From the NCBI GenBank assembly GCA_965208835.1, contig OZ242358.1:2176001-2240000 (forward strand): DNA of 64,000 nucleotides, in the 5' to 3' direction. The first letter of the stretch is position 1; every line of letters begins with the position of its first letter. Made by a program: the position numbers and the translations under genes. Under the pieces are notes generated by a model. It was not told the DNA's origin, did no database searches, and saw nothing but the letters and a program-made list of their open reading frames with translations. Below are positions 23,613 to 33,841 of the stretch, piece after piece. This DNA is from Candidatus Latescibacterota bacterium (GTDB lineage: Bacteria > Latescibacterota > UBA2968 > GCA-2709665).

Positions 23613-23616
23613 GAAG

Positions 23617-24381
23617 ATGCTTGTCGATACCCATGCCCATCTCAATTTCCCACAGTTTCTGGGAGACGAGGAAGCGACGATACGCCGGGCTCGTGAGGCA
23701 GGGGTAGGGAGCATTGTCAACGTCGGTACGAACCTTGACGTGAGCCGGAGGGCGCTGGACCTCGCTCGGAATCACGAAGGGGTCTATGGGACGGTGGGAT
23801 TCCATCCGCACGACGTCGAACTGGCCGACCCGGACGGTTTGAATACGCTGAAGCGGCTTGCATTGAACAAAGAGATTGTGGCCGTGGGCGAGACGGGACT
23901 GGATTTCTTTCGGAACTATGCGCCCAGGTCCCTACAGGAACGGGTATTCAGGTTCCATATCCATCTCGCACGCCAGACTGGACTTCCGCTTGTTATCCAC
24001 AGTCGCGGCGCGGAGGACAGAGTGATGGATATCCTTGAAGAGGAGGACGGCATTGCGGCCGGCGGAGCATTGCACTGTTTCGGCGGAGGTCCCGGGCAGG
24101 CGAAGCGGGCGGTCGAACTTGGCTTCCATCTGGGCTTCGGCGGGACGGTGACCTACAAACGCTCAACGTCGTTGTCCGTGGCGCTGGGCATTCCGCCCGA
24201 TCGGGTGCTCCTGGAAACCGATTGTCCATATCTCGCGCCCGTCCCGCACAGGGGTCGGCGGAATGAGCCGGCCTACGTAAGGCAGATTGCCGAGTTCCTG
24301 GCGGGACACGCGAACGAGCCGCTGGAATGTTTCGCCGCCCGAACCACGGAGAATGCCCACCGGGTTTTCGGATTGAAGTGA
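23617..24381 (+). CDS. tatD: TatD-family deoxyribonuclease
   Basis: DTHAHL, GFHPH, VGETGLD, IHSR, HCF, ETDCPYLAP, NEP. Confidence 0.96.
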   Translation: MLVDTHAHLNFPQFLGDEEATIRRAREAGVGSIVNVGTNLDVSRRALDLARNHEGVYGTVGFHPHDVELADPDGLNTLKRLALNKEIVAVGETGLDFFRNYAPRSLQERVFRFHIHLARQTGLPLVIHSRGAEDRVMDILEEEDGIAAGGALHCFGGGPGQAKRAVELGFHLGFGGTVTYKRSTSLSVALGIPPDRVLLETDCPYLAPVPHRGRRNEPAYVRQIAEFLAGHANEPLECFAARTTENAHRVFGLK

Positions 24382-25211
24382 TGACCAAGCCCAACAAGGG
24401 CCTTGCGCAGCATTTCCTTACCGACGCCGGGGCCGTCCAGAAGATCGTCAGGGCCGCTCGTGTACACGCGAACGACCTGGTGGTTGAAATCGGCCCGGGG
24501 CGCGGCGCGCTGACCGGCCGGTTGCTGGCGCAGTCGGACAGGGTCGTCGGGATCGAACGGGATGAGGCGTTGTGTGATTTCCTGCGGTCACGATTCGGGT
24601 GCGGGCTGCGTTTGCGCAACCAGGATGTGTTGGAGGTTGACTTTTCCGAACTGATTCGCGGGGAAGGATTTGAACGTGCGATTCTGGTGGGAAACCTGCC
24701 GTATTTCATTACGGGTGCGGTTGTACGGCGTATTCTGAATGCGCGGTCCAGGTTTAAGCGGGCTGTACTTACCGTTCAGCGGGAGGTTGCCCGACGGATC
24801 GTCGCCACGCCGGGCAACAGAGACTATGGGGTTCTGTCGATCGCCGTTCAGTTGCATGCTCATCCGAAGATTCTATTTGACCTGGCCCCCGGTGTCTTCT
24901 ACCCGGCGCCCAAGGTCTATTCGTCCGTGATACGGATGGATTTCCACAGGGAGACTCGCTACCGTATACAGGATGAACGGTTTTTCTTTCGCGTCGTCCG
25001 TACGGCTTTCGGTCAGCGGCGAAAGATGCTGAAGAATGCCCTGCTGGGAATGGTGCATGGAGAAATGGAGATCCTGAACCGCGTGGGAGCGTCGGCGGAC
25101 ATCGACTTCAGGTTGCGGCCGGAAGCAGTTTCCATACCGGAGTATGAGCGGATTTCCCGCGCGCTCAAGGCGTCTTGTCAATCCAGCGGGCAGATTCACG
25201 GGAGTCGATAG
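24381..25211 (+). CDS. rsmA: 16S rRNA dimethyltransferase RsmA/KsgA
   Basis: LAQHFL, EIGPGRGALT, GNLPYFI, QREVA, FYPAPKV, QRRKML; ATG overlaps the tatD stop. Confidence 0.97.
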   Translation: MTKPNKGLAQHFLTDAGAVQKIVRAARVHANDLVVEIGPGRGALTGRLLAQSDRVVGIERDEALCDFLRSRFGCGLRLRNQDVLEVDFSELIRGEGFERAILVGNLPYFITGAVVRRILNARSRFKRAVLTVQREVARRIVATPGNRDYGVLSIAVQLHAHPKILFDLAPGVFYPAPKVYSSVIRMDFHRETRYRIQDERFFFRVVRTAFGQRRKMLKNALLGMVHGEMEILNRVGASADIDFRLRPEAVSIPEYERISRALKASCQSSGQIHGSR

Positions 25212-25313
25212 CCGTCATGTGAAACGTACCATCGCGGATTGCCGAAGCGTGCGAGATGCCCGCGGAGGCGTCTTCCGCGGCAGATCCGTTCATCTATGGG
25301 AGAGGGAAGAGAA

Positions 25314-26243
25314 ATGCCTCCGATGCCGAAGGCGGACAAGATCTGGTTTAACGGAAAGTTCGTGAATTGGGACGACGCAAGGATCCACGTGTTGTCGCAC
25401 GTGGTGCACTACGGATCCAGTGTTTTCGAGGGTATTCGCTGCTACAATACGCGAACGGGACCGGCCTGTTTCCGGTTGGCGGATCACGTGAATCGGCTGT
25501 ACGATTCGGCGAAGATCTATCGGATGCCGATCCCTTATAAACACGAGGAAATCTCCGGGGCCATTCTGGAATCCATCCGTACCAACGAACTTCAGAGGTG
25601 CTATGTGCGTCCCGTGATCTTCAGAGGATACGGCAGTCTGGGCGTAGACCCCTCAACCTGTCCCGTTGAAGTCGTGATTGCCGTCTGGGAGTGGGGCGCC
25701 TATCTGGGCGAGGAGGCGCTGGAAAAGGGGGCCGAGGTACGTTTTTCCTCGTGGAACCGGCTTGCACCCAACACGATGCCCTCGCTGGCCAAGGTCGGCG
25801 CCAACTACATGAACTCGCAGCTGATCAAGCTGGAGGCACTCGCCGACGGATACGTGGAGGGAATCGCTCTGGATGCGCAGGGCCACGTGAGTGAAGCAAG
25901 CGGAGAGAACATCTTCATGGTGAAGAACGGCGCGATTTACACGCCCTCTACCGGGTCGTCAATTCTGCCGGGAATTACCCGCCACACCGTCATTACGCTG
26001 GCGCGCGATCTTGGCTACGCGGTAACGCAGCGCGCCATACCCAGAGAGTCGCTGTACATCGCCGACGAAGTTTTCTTCACCGGCAGCGCGGCCGAGGTGA
26101 CGCCAATTGCACGAATTGATCACATTCCAGTCGGTGAGGGGACGCGAGGCCCCATCACAAAAGCGCTGCAGGACGCTTTCTTCGGCGTTGTGTCGGGCGA
26201 GACGGACGACCGGCACGGCTGGCTGACCCATGTCTATCAGTGA
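25314..26243 (+). CDS. ilvE: Branched-chain amino acid aminotransferase
   Basis: [45 protein letters not shown]. Confidence 0.96.
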   Translation: MPPMPKADKIWFNGKFVNWDDARIHVLSHVVHYGSSVFEGIRCYNTRTGPACFRLADHVNRLYDSAKIYRMPIPYKHEEISGAILESIRTNELQRCYVRPVIFRGYGSLGVDPSTCPVEVVIAVWEWGAYLGEEALEKGAEVRFSSWNRLAPNTMPSLAKVGANYMNSQLIKLEALADGYVEGIALDAQGHVSEASGENIFMVKNGAIYTPSTGSSILPGITRHTVITLARDLGYAVTQRAIPRESLYIADEVFFTGSAAEVTPIARIDHIPVGEGTRGPITKALQDAFFGVVSGETDDRHGWLTHVYQ

Positions 26244-26290
26244 ACCCGCGAATTCGGAGACCGGGTCACGGAAGAGATTTCCGGATCGGA

Positions 26291-27118
26291 ATGCACTATA
26301 TGTACGATTTAAGTGACAGACGTATCGCTGTCGTTGGCGCAGGGAATATGGGCGGCGCGTTGATTTCGGGCCTGGTGCAATCAGGTATTCTGCCGCCGGA
26401 ACGGGTGACGGCGGTGGACATCGACGATGCTCTATTGGCGTCGCACCGGCGGGCTCTGGGGGTCAATACCGCCCGTGACGCGGCAGCGGCGGCCTCCGAA
26501 CAAGACGTGGTGATACTGGGTTTAAAGCCTCAGGTCTGGGCGTCCGTTGTCGCACCTCTGGCGACGTCGCTTACCGGTCGGCAACTGGTGATTTCCATTA
26601 TGGGAGGCGTACGGACCGGGGCTATAGAGGAAGTTCTGGGGGGGAGGATCCCGGTTGTGCGGGCGATGCCGAATATCCTTGCGCAGATCCGGACGTCGGT
26701 CACGGCCATCTGCCCGGGCCGATTCTCACAGGAAACCCATATGGCTGCGGCTGAGGCCATCCTGGAGTCGGTCGGCGCGTCTGTCCGCCTGAGCGAAGCG
26801 CAGATGGACGCGGTTACCGGGCTTTCCGGCAGCGGCCCTGCCTTTGTGTACGTGATTATCGATGCACTTGCCGATGGGGGTGTGAGGATGGGGATTCCCA
26901 AGCCCGTTGCTCTCAAGCTGGCCGCGCAAACGGTTTTCGGCGGAGCAAAGATGGTGATCGAAAGCGGCCAACACCCGGCGGTTTTGAAAGACCAGGTAAC
27001 GTCTGCGGGCGGAACGACGATTGCCGGATTGCAGGCGCTGGAACTGGGCGGATTTCGCGCTGCGCTGATGAAGGCGGTGGAAGCGGCGACCCGGCGGTCT
27101 GAGGAACTGGGAACCTAG
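26291..27118 (+). CDS. proC: Pyrroline-5-carboxylate reductase
   Basis: GAGNMG, RAMPN, TGLSGSGPAF, VTSAGGTT; exact start uncertain. Confidence 0.96.
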   Translation: MHYMYDLSDRRIAVVGAGNMGGALISGLVQSGILPPERVTAVDIDDALLASHRRALGVNTARDAAAAASEQDVVILGLKPQVWASVVAPLATSLTGRQLVISIMGGVRTGAIEEVLGGRIPVVRAMPNILAQIRTSVTAICPGRFSQETHMAAAEAILESVGASVRLSEAQMDAVTGLSGSGPAFVYVIIDALADGGVRMGIPKPVALKLAAQTVFGGAKMVIESGQHPAVLKDQVTSAGGTTIAGLQALELGGFRAALMKAVEAATRRSEELGT

Positions 27119-27170
27119 CAGCCCGTTTCCGGGGCAGAACACTTTGCCGGGGCTCCGGTCGGAGGTCGTG

Positions 27171-27776
27171 ATGATCGTGATTGTGGACTGCGGCGTGGGC
27201 AATCTGCGCAGCGTCCAGAAGGGATTTGAACGTGTCGGACACGCCGCGGCGATTACGGATCGGCCCGAAGACGTGGCCAGTGCCGACCGCGTGGTGTTGC
27301 CCGGTGTCGGGGCCTTTGGAGACGCGATGGTGAATCTGAAAGCGGCAGGGCTGGTGGAACCGCTGATGGATTCAATTGCCAGCGGTCGACCGTACCTCGG
27401 GATCTGCGTCGGTCTTCAACTCCTGTTTACCGAAAGCAATGAGATGGGCCTCCACCGAGGATTCGGGGTTCTGCCTGGTTCCGTGCGTCGGTTTCCGGAC
27501 GGTGTGCGGGTGCCTCAGATCGGCTGGAACCAGATCCGAATTCAGAGGCGGACGCCGCTTCTTGCTGGCATACCCGACCAGTCATTCTTCTATTTCGTAC
27601 ATTCATACTACGCCGATCCTGAGGTGGAATCCGATTGTGTGGCAACAACGGATTACGCGCTGGATTACACGTCGATCGCCGGACGGGGGGCCGCCTACGG
27701 AATTCAGTTTCACCCCGAGAAAAGCCAGGACCTCGGACTGCGTATCCTGAAGAATTTCGCGGAGCAGGTATGTTAG
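27171..27776 (+). CDS. hisH: Imidazole glycerol phosphate synthase, amidotransferase subunit
   Basis: GNLRSV, LPGVGAF, GICVGLQ, FVHSY, QFHPEKS. Confidence 0.97.
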   Translation: MIVIVDCGVGNLRSVQKGFERVGHAAAITDRPEDVASADRVVLPGVGAFGDAMVNLKAAGLVEPLMDSIASGRPYLGICVGLQLLFTESNEMGLHRGFGVLPGSVRRFPDGVRVPQIGWNQIRIQRRTPLLAGIPDQSFFYFVHSYYADPEVESDCVATTDYALDYTSIAGRGAAYGIQFHPEKSQDLGLRILKNFAEQVC

Positions 27777-28558
27777 CGAAACGCATCATTCCCTGCCTGG
27801 ACGTCAAAGACGGCCGGAACGTGCGAGGGGTGAAATTCTCGGCGGACCGCGATGCCGGAGACCCTGTAGAACTGGCTCGCCGATACGACGAGGAGGGCGC
27901 GGACGAGCTCGTTTTCTACGACATTACGGCCTCGGCGGAAAGGCGGGACATCGTCGCCGATCTCGTGCGTCAGGTGTCGGAACAGGTATTTATCCCGTTC
28001 ACGGTGGGCGGCGGCGTGCGGACATTTGACGATATCTGCACGATCATCGAAGGCGGCGCCGAAAAGGCATCCATCAATTCGGCCGCGGTTCGATCACCGG
28101 AGCTGATTACCCGCGGCGCTGGACGTTTCGGCACGCAGGCGATTGTCGGTTCCATCGATGCCGTTCGCCGCGGCGAATCGTCCGGGAAACCGGAATGGGA
28201 AGTCATGATCGACGGTGGAAGGACGGCCACGGGCAGGGACGCCCTGGCGTGGGCGCTGGAATTGGTCGACAGGGGCGCGGGGGAACTGGTGTTGAACAGC
28301 ATCGATGCCGACGGAACGCGAGAGGGTTACGACATCGAGCTGAACCGCGCCGTGGCGGATCTCGTGGATGTGCCGATCGTGGCGTCAGGGGGTTCGGGCG
28401 GACCTGAGCACATGTATCAGGTGCTTCATGAGGGCAAGGCCAGCGCGGCTCTGGCGGCGTCCATTTTTCATTATCGGCATTATAGCATTCCCGAGGTAAA
28501 GGCGTACCTGGCCAGCCGGGGCGTCTGTGTACGCCCCCGGGTGAGGGTGGATCTGTAA
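27770..28558 (+). CDS. hisF: Imidazole glycerol phosphate synthase, cyclase subunit
   Basis: MLAKRIIPCLDV, GADELVFYDITAS, PFTVGGG, ASGG, LAASIFH. Confidence 0.98.
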   Translation: MLAKRIIPCLDVKDGRNVRGVKFSADRDAGDPVELARRYDEEGADELVFYDITASAERRDIVADLVRQVSEQVFIPFTVGGGVRTFDDICTIIEGGAEKASINSAAVRSPELITRGAGRFGTQAIVGSIDAVRRGESSGKPEWEVMIDGGRTATGRDALAWALELVDRGAGELVLNSIDADGTREGYDIELNRAVADLVDVPIVASGGSGGPEHMYQVLHEGKASAALAASIFHYRHYSIPEVKAYLASRGVCVRPRVRVDL

Positions 28559-29766
28559 TGGGCGACGACATTACGAACGGATCGCGAAAGCCCCGCACAG
28601 TGGATGGAACGGCGTGTGATTCCGATCTGGACCGGACCTGCTCTGAACGCAAGGAGCTGTTCGACGGGGTTCGGCGTGTCGTGCTGAAGCTGGGTACACG
28701 GCTGGTCACGCAGAAGGACCACAGGCTGAATACGAAGTTGATTGAGCGTCTGGCTGCAGACGTGGCCGACTTGCGCCGCAAGGAAATACAGGTTGCCGTA
28801 GTGTCGTCCGGCGCGGTTGGCGCAGGAATGGGACGGCTGGGTCTGGAGGTTCGGCCGCGCCGGCTGTCTGCGCTGCAGGCGACCGCGGCTGTCGGGCAGG
28901 GGCTGTTGATGAATGCCTACAAGCTCGCGTTCAGAACCCATAACGTCCCCGTCGGGCAGGTCCTTCTGACAGCCGATGATCTGGACAACCGGCGGCGTTA
29001 TGTCAATGCGAGAAACACGCTGGATTCGCTGTTTCGGTTTGGCGCCGTTCCGGTTCTCAACGAGAACGACAGCGTGGCCGTTGAGGAACTGCAGCTATCG
29101 GTAGGCGACAACGACCGCCTTTCGGCGCTCGTCGCGCATCTGATCGACGCCGACCTCCTTGTCATTCTGACCGACGTCGACGGGTTCTACTCTGAAGATC
29201 CGGACCGCCACTCGGACGCGCGCCTCATAGCGAGGGTTGAGGAGATACGTCCCGAAATGATCGAACGGGCGGGAAGAGCAGGGAGCCATGTGAGCCTGGG
29301 TGGGATGCGTTCGAAACTGGAGGCTGCGCAGAGTGTGACACGAGGAGGCAGATTGGCGGTGATCGCAAACGGGCACAGGATCGGATTGAGCCGGATCCTC
29401 GCCGGTGCGCCGGCCGGCACGTTGTTTCTTGCCGCGAGGGAGAGGCTGCCAGGCCGAAAACTCTGGATTGCCAATTCTCGTCGCAACGGCGCTGTGATCG
29501 TTGACGACGGCGCGGTAGAGGCAATTGTGAAACGGGGCAAGAGCCTGCTGCCTTCGGGTATTCTGAAAGTGGAAGGCGCTTTCGAGGCCGGAGAGTTGAT
29601 TGGCGTTGAAGACAGGCGTCGGATGGAGGTCGCGCGCGGCGTGGTGAAGTACGGTTCCGATGACGTACAGCGGATATTGGGCAAGTCGACCGGCGAGGTC
29701 GTTTCGATTCTGGATGTGCAATCCGGTGGTGAGGTGGTTCACCGTGACGATCTGGTGGTGCTTTAG
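28558..29766 (+). CDS. proB: Glutamate 5-kinase
   Basis: VLKLGT, VSSGAV, NEND, GDNDRL, GGMRSK, PUA domain ending VVHRDDLV. Confidence 0.97.
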   Translation: MGDDITNGSRKPRTVDGTACDSDLDRTCSERKELFDGVRRVVLKLGTRLVTQKDHRLNTKLIERLAADVADLRRKEIQVAVVSSGAVGAGMGRLGLEVRPRRLSALQATAAVGQGLLMNAYKLAFRTHNVPVGQVLLTADDLDNRRRYVNARNTLDSLFRFGAVPVLNENDSVAVEELQLSVGDNDRLSALVAHLIDADLLVILTDVDGFYSEDPDRHSDARLIARVEEIRPEMIERAGRAGSHVSLGGMRSKLEAAQSVTRGGRLAVIANGHRIGLSRILAGAPAGTLFLAARERLPGRKLWIANSRRNGAVIVDDGAVEAIVKRGKSLLPSGILKVEGAFEAGELIGVEDRRRMEVARGVVKYGSDDVQRILGKSTGEVVSILDVQSGGEVVHRDDLVVL

Positions 29767-29847
29767 TGTGGTGGTGTCTCCCGCCCGGACACCGCAACTT
29801 CGCCGCGCATTCGTCAGTGGCACGACAATTCAACGGGAATTTTCGGA

Positions 29848-30195
29848 ATGAGATTCTATAGAGTAAAACGGGATTTCCTTAACGCGCCGCGCAGACGCAT
29901 ATATCGATTCCTGTGGATGCTGCCGGCCTTGTGGTTCGTCTACCTGTTTTTCGCCGGAGACAGCGGTTATCTGCAGATTCGGGAACGGAGTCGGCAGATT
30001 GAAAAGATGCGCGGTGAGATTGAAACCGTGAGGGCGGAAAACCGTCGGTTGGAGGCCGAGGTCGAAATGCTGAAGAACGACCTGGCGATCATCGAAAAAA
30101 TCGCTCGGGAGCGGTACGGTATGGTCAAAGAGAATGAAGAGGTCTATATGGTGTACCCGGATGCGCCCGATCCGACGTCGGTAACCGGCAGATGA
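29848..30195 (+). CDS. ftsB: Septum formation initiator (FtsB/DivIC family)
   Basis: One TM segment, coiled coil, IEKIARERYGMVKENE. Confidence 0.85.
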   Translation: MRFYRVKRDFLNAPRRRIYRFLWMLPALWFVYLFFAGDSGYLQIRERSRQIEKMRGEIETVRAENRRLEAEVEMLKNDLAIIEKIARERYGMVKENEEVYMVYPDAPDPTSVTGR

Positions 30196-30974
30196 TTTCG
30201 AAGTCCGAAGGGCTGGTTCTACGTGGTTACAGGATGAGCGAAAGCAGCAAGGTGGTGGTCATCTATACCCGGAACGCCGGCAAGGTGCGGGTTGTGGCCA
30301 AGGGCGCCCGGCGTCCCAGGAGTAAGTTCGGCGCCAGCGTGGAACCGATAACCTGGGGGGCATATGTCTTTTACAGCCGGGAAAACAGAGACCTGCACAC
30401 CCTGAGCGAAGGTGATATTCTATATTCTTTTGAGGATCTGAAACGGGATTACCGCCGCCTGGCTTACGCAAGCGCCGTGTGTGATCTGCTGGATCGCCTG
30501 ACGCCGGAAGAAGATCCAAATTCACTACTTTGCAGCGTCACCCTGGATTCGCTTCGATGGATGGAAACGGTCGAGGAAGAGTCGGTTGAACTGCCGCTAT
30601 GGTACTTTCAGCTGAAGGCGGCGGCGATGCTGGGATATCGTCCCCATCTGAGCGGATGTGTCGGGTGCGGCGCGCGAATTACAGGCGACAGGGTTTGTTT
30701 CGACGCGGGGCGCGGCGGTACGGTCTGCGGCCGTTGCAAACGTGGGGGCATCGAAGTTGCAATGGCGACCATTCGATACCTGGAACACCTCCAGACGGCA
30801 CGTCCGGACCGAATCGACGACAGTGGTTTCCGGGCGGTCGATACCGGGGAAGCGCGTCGTGTGCTGCGCGGTTTCTTGTGGCGCCACATTGAAAACAGGG
30901 GCCAGGTCAAGTCACTGGACTTTCTGAATCGTCTGCTGGCTGCGGAAGGGACATCTGCTACTTACGGCAGTTGA
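30192..30974 (+). CDS. recO: DNA repair protein RecO
   Basis: ESSKVV, GKVRVVAKGARRPRSKF, Zn cluster CVGC..CGRC. Confidence 0.94.
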   Translation: MISKSEGLVLRGYRMSESSKVVVIYTRNAGKVRVVAKGARRPRSKFGASVEPITWGAYVFYSRENRDLHTLSEGDILYSFEDLKRDYRRLAYASAVCDLLDRLTPEEDPNSLLCSVTLDSLRWMETVEEESVELPLWYFQLKAAAMLGYRPHLSGCVGCGARITGDRVCFDAGRGGTVCGRCKRGGIEVAMATIRYLEHLQTARPDRIDDSGFRAVDTGEARRVLRGFLWRHIENRGQVKSLDFLNRLLAAEGTSATYGS

Positions 30975-31050
30975 CGAGGTGTCGGCAGCGTGCCGTATCA
31001 GGAAATGCGATCTGCTTCAACCTTTTTTGGTAGAGGGACGGGTTAGCCGA

Positions 31051-33735
31051 ATGCGAGAGCAAGCCGTGTTGGAAAAAATATACGATCCTGGTTCGGTCGA
31101 GAAGACCTGGTACGCATTCTGGGAAGAAAAGGGCTATTTCAAGCCGGAATATCGGACCGGCGGAAAGCCGTTTTCCATCACGATTCCCCCGCCGAACGTC
31201 ACGGGGGAGCTTCACATGGGGCATGCGCTGCAGCATGCAGTCCATGATGCCGTGGTGCGGTGGAAGCGCATGCTGGGGCATCGAACCCTCTGCCTGCCAG
31301 GCACCGACCACGCGGGCATTGCAACGCAGATGAAGGTAGAGCAACAATTGTTCGAGGAGGACGGTAAGGGACGCCACGACATTGGCCGGGACGAGATGTT
31401 AAAGCGGATCGTGGTCTGGAAACGGGAGTATGGAGGAACCATTCTCAACCAGCTCCGGGAAATGGGTTGCAGCTATGATTGGGGCCGTGAGCGATACACG
31501 ATGGAACGGGGATACGCACGCGCGGTTTTGTCGGCCTTTGTAAAGTTTCATGAGAGGGGATGGGTCTACCGCGGCAGGCGAATGGTGAACTGGTGCCCGA
31601 GATGCGGAACCGTCATCTCGGACCTGGAGGTGGAGGAACGGGAAACCGAAGGGCACCTCTGGCATATTCGGTATCCCGGCGTGGACGGCGGGCCCGATGT
31701 GGTGGTTGCGACGACGCGCCCGGAGACGATGCTGGGCGACACGGGCGTGGCGGTACATCCCGATGACCGGCGCTGGCAGCGGGCAATCGGTGAACGCGTC
31801 ATGCTGCCGCTGATGGAGCGCCCCATCCCGATAGTCGCCGATAGTTATGCGGATCCCGAGATGGGCAGCGGTGCGGTAAAGGTGACACCCGCACACGATC
31901 CGAATGACTACGAAATCGGATTGCGACACGGGTTGCCGGAGATCCAGGTCATCGGATTCAGCGGGGAGATGACCGGAGACGCCGGCCCATTCAGCGGTAT
32001 GGACCGGTTCGCCTGTCGAAAAGCCGTGATTTCGGCTTTGGAGGAATCCGGACTGCTCCAGCGGACTGAGGACTACGAACACGTGGTGCCGCACCACGAC
32101 AAGTGTGGCACGTCCATCGAGCCGCTGCCGATGGACCAGTGGTTTCTGGCCATGAAGTCACTGGCGAACCAAGCGCTGCCGGCCTTGAAAAAGAAAGAGA
32201 TCAGGTACGTACCGGACCGATTTCGGGCGTATTCCGTCGAGTGGCTCGAGAACATCCAGGACTGGTGCATCTCTCGTCAGATCTGGTGGGGACACCGGAT
32301 TCCGGTCTGGACCTGCGAGGACTGTGGGGAAGTGCTGGTTCGCGTGGATGCGCCCGCTGTCTGCGACGCCTGCGGCAGCCGGTCACTCGTGCAGGATCCC
32401 GACGTCTTGGACACCTGGTTTTCGTCTGCACTCTGGCCTTTCGCGACCATGGGATGGCCGGAGCAGGCCGATGACTTGAAGGAGTTCCATCCAACCGATC
32501 TGATGATTACCGGAAGGGATATTCTTTACCTCTGGGTGGCAAGGATGATCATGACGGCCGTCGAGTTCGTGGATGAGATCCCTTTCGGAACGGTTCTTGT
32601 TCATCCGACCGTCCAGACGCGCGACGGCAAGCGAATGAGCAAATCGCTGGGTACCGGGATCGATCCCAGGGAACTGATCGAACGGTACGGTGCGGATGCG
32701 ACGCGTCTGTCGCTGCTCTACCAGTGCGGCAGTTCGCAGGACGTTCGTTTTGACGCCGACGTCGTGGACAACCGCCTGCAGGATTCACCCATAACGGAGT
32801 CCTGCAGGAATTTCTGCAACAAGGTCTGGAATGCGGCGCGGTTCGTCCAGATGAACCTGGATGGGTACGAACTCGCGAGCGGGCCGCCGCCGCCGTCTGC
32901 CGACGATCCCGCGGACCGGTGGATTCTCAGCCAGTACAACCGCACCGTGTTCTCAGTGACGAAGTCCCTTGAGGCCTATCGGTTTGACGAAGCTTCCAGG
33001 ACCCTCTACGAATTTGTATGGAACGCGTTTTGCGACTGGTACCTGGAAATCGCCAAGGTGCGGCTGAACGGAGGCAACAAGGACGCGGGAATGATGACGC
33101 GGTGCGTGCTTGTACACGTTCTGGAGGGCTCCCTGCGTTTGCTTCATCCGATGGCACCGTTCATCTCCGAAGCGCTGTGGCAGCAGCTTCCGCATTCAGG
33201 TGAGGCACTGATTGTCGCGAAGTGGCCGGAGGCGGACCAGAGTCGACTCGACGACGCGGCGGAACGGGAGATGGCGTTCATACAGGCGGTGGTGGGTGCA
33301 GTACGGAATATTCGCGGTACGATGCGGGTGCCGCCAAGCAGACGCGCGGATGTCCACCTGAAGGTGAATTCGCCGGAAACCGGGGACATCCTGAACCGTT
33401 TCGAGAACTATCTACGTACGCTTGCCAGGGTTGGGGATCTTCGCATCGGCGCAGACATCGTCAGGCCCCCTGCTTCCGCCAGCGCGGTATTGAAGGACGT
33501 CGAAGTCTACGTGCCCTTGCAAGGGCTCATCGATCTGGAAGTTGAGCGGCAGCGTCTGCGAAATGAGATCGAAAAGCTGGAGACGCTGCTTGGCGGGCTG
33601 GACAGGAAACTCAGCAACAAGGGATTTCTGAACAATGCGCCCCCGAAGGTCGTTGAAAAGGAAAAGGAACGTCACGCGCAGTACCTGAGTGCGCTCGGCA
33701 GGTTGAACGAGAATCTCGCCGCCGTAACGTCATGA
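31051..33735 (+). CDS. valS: Valine--tRNA ligase
   Basis: PPPNVTGELHMGH, DHAGIATQ, TTRPET, DWCISRQIWWGH, RMSKS, C-terminal coiled coil. Confidence 0.98.
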   Translation: MREQAVLEKIYDPGSVEKTWYAFWEEKGYFKPEYRTGGKPFSITIPPPNVTGELHMGHALQHAVHDAVVRWKRMLGHRTLCLPGTDHAGIATQMKVEQQLFEEDGKGRHDIGRDEMLKRIVVWKREYGGTILNQLREMGCSYDWGRERYTMERGYARAVLSAFVKFHERGWVYRGRRMVNWCPRCGTVISDLEVEERETEGHLWHIRYPGVDGGPDVVVATTRPETMLGDTGVAVHPDDRRWQRAIGERVMLPLMERPIPIVADSYADPEMGSGAVKVTPAHDPNDYEIGLRHGLPEIQVIGFSGEMTGDAGPFSGMDRFACRKAVISALEESGLLQRTEDYEHVVPHHDKCGTSIEPLPMDQWFLAMKSLANQALPALKKKEIRYVPDRFRAYSVEWLENIQDWCISRQIWWGHRIPVWTCEDCGEVLVRVDAPAVCDACGSRSLVQDPDVLDTWFSSALWPFATMGWPEQADDLKEFHPTDLMITGRDILYLWVARMIMTAVEFVDEIPFGTVLVHPTVQTRDGKRMSKSLGTGIDPRELIERYGADATRLSLLYQCGSSQDVRFDADVVDNRLQDSPITESCRNFCNKVWNAARFVQMNLDGYELASGPPPPSADDPADRWILSQYNRTVFSVTKSLEAYRFDEASRTLYEFVWNAFCDWYLEIAKVRLNGGNKDAGMMTRCVLVHVLEGSLRLLHPMAPFISEALWQQLPHSGEALIVAKWPEADQSRLDDAAEREMAFIQAVVGAVRNIRGTMRVPPSRRADVHLKVNSPETGDILNRFENYLRTLARVGDLRIGADIVRPPASASAVLKDVEVYVPLQGLIDLEVERQRLRNEIEKLETLLGGLDRKLSNKGFLNNAPPKVVEKEKERHAQYLSALGRLNENLAAVTS

Positions 33736-33771
33736 CGCGCACAGACACCAACGGTCTGTCTGGTGCGCGTC

Positions 33772-33808
33772 GCCGCGCGAAGACCGCTGGGAATTTTAAG
33801 ACAGCTTC
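33772..33808 (-). mobile_element. MITE family B, isolated left-end fragment
   Basis: Reverse complement GAAGCTGTCTTAAAATTCCCAGCGGTCTTCGCGCGGC matches the first 37 bp of the copy at 55249. Confidence 0.8.
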
Positions 33809-33841
33809 AAAGGATGACGCGATCCGGTCAGGTGGAATCTC

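Noticed and set aside
27171-28558. hisA missing between hisH and hisF, with pro and his genes interleaved
   Set aside because: Scattered his genes are common; no sign of deletion or a pseudogene.
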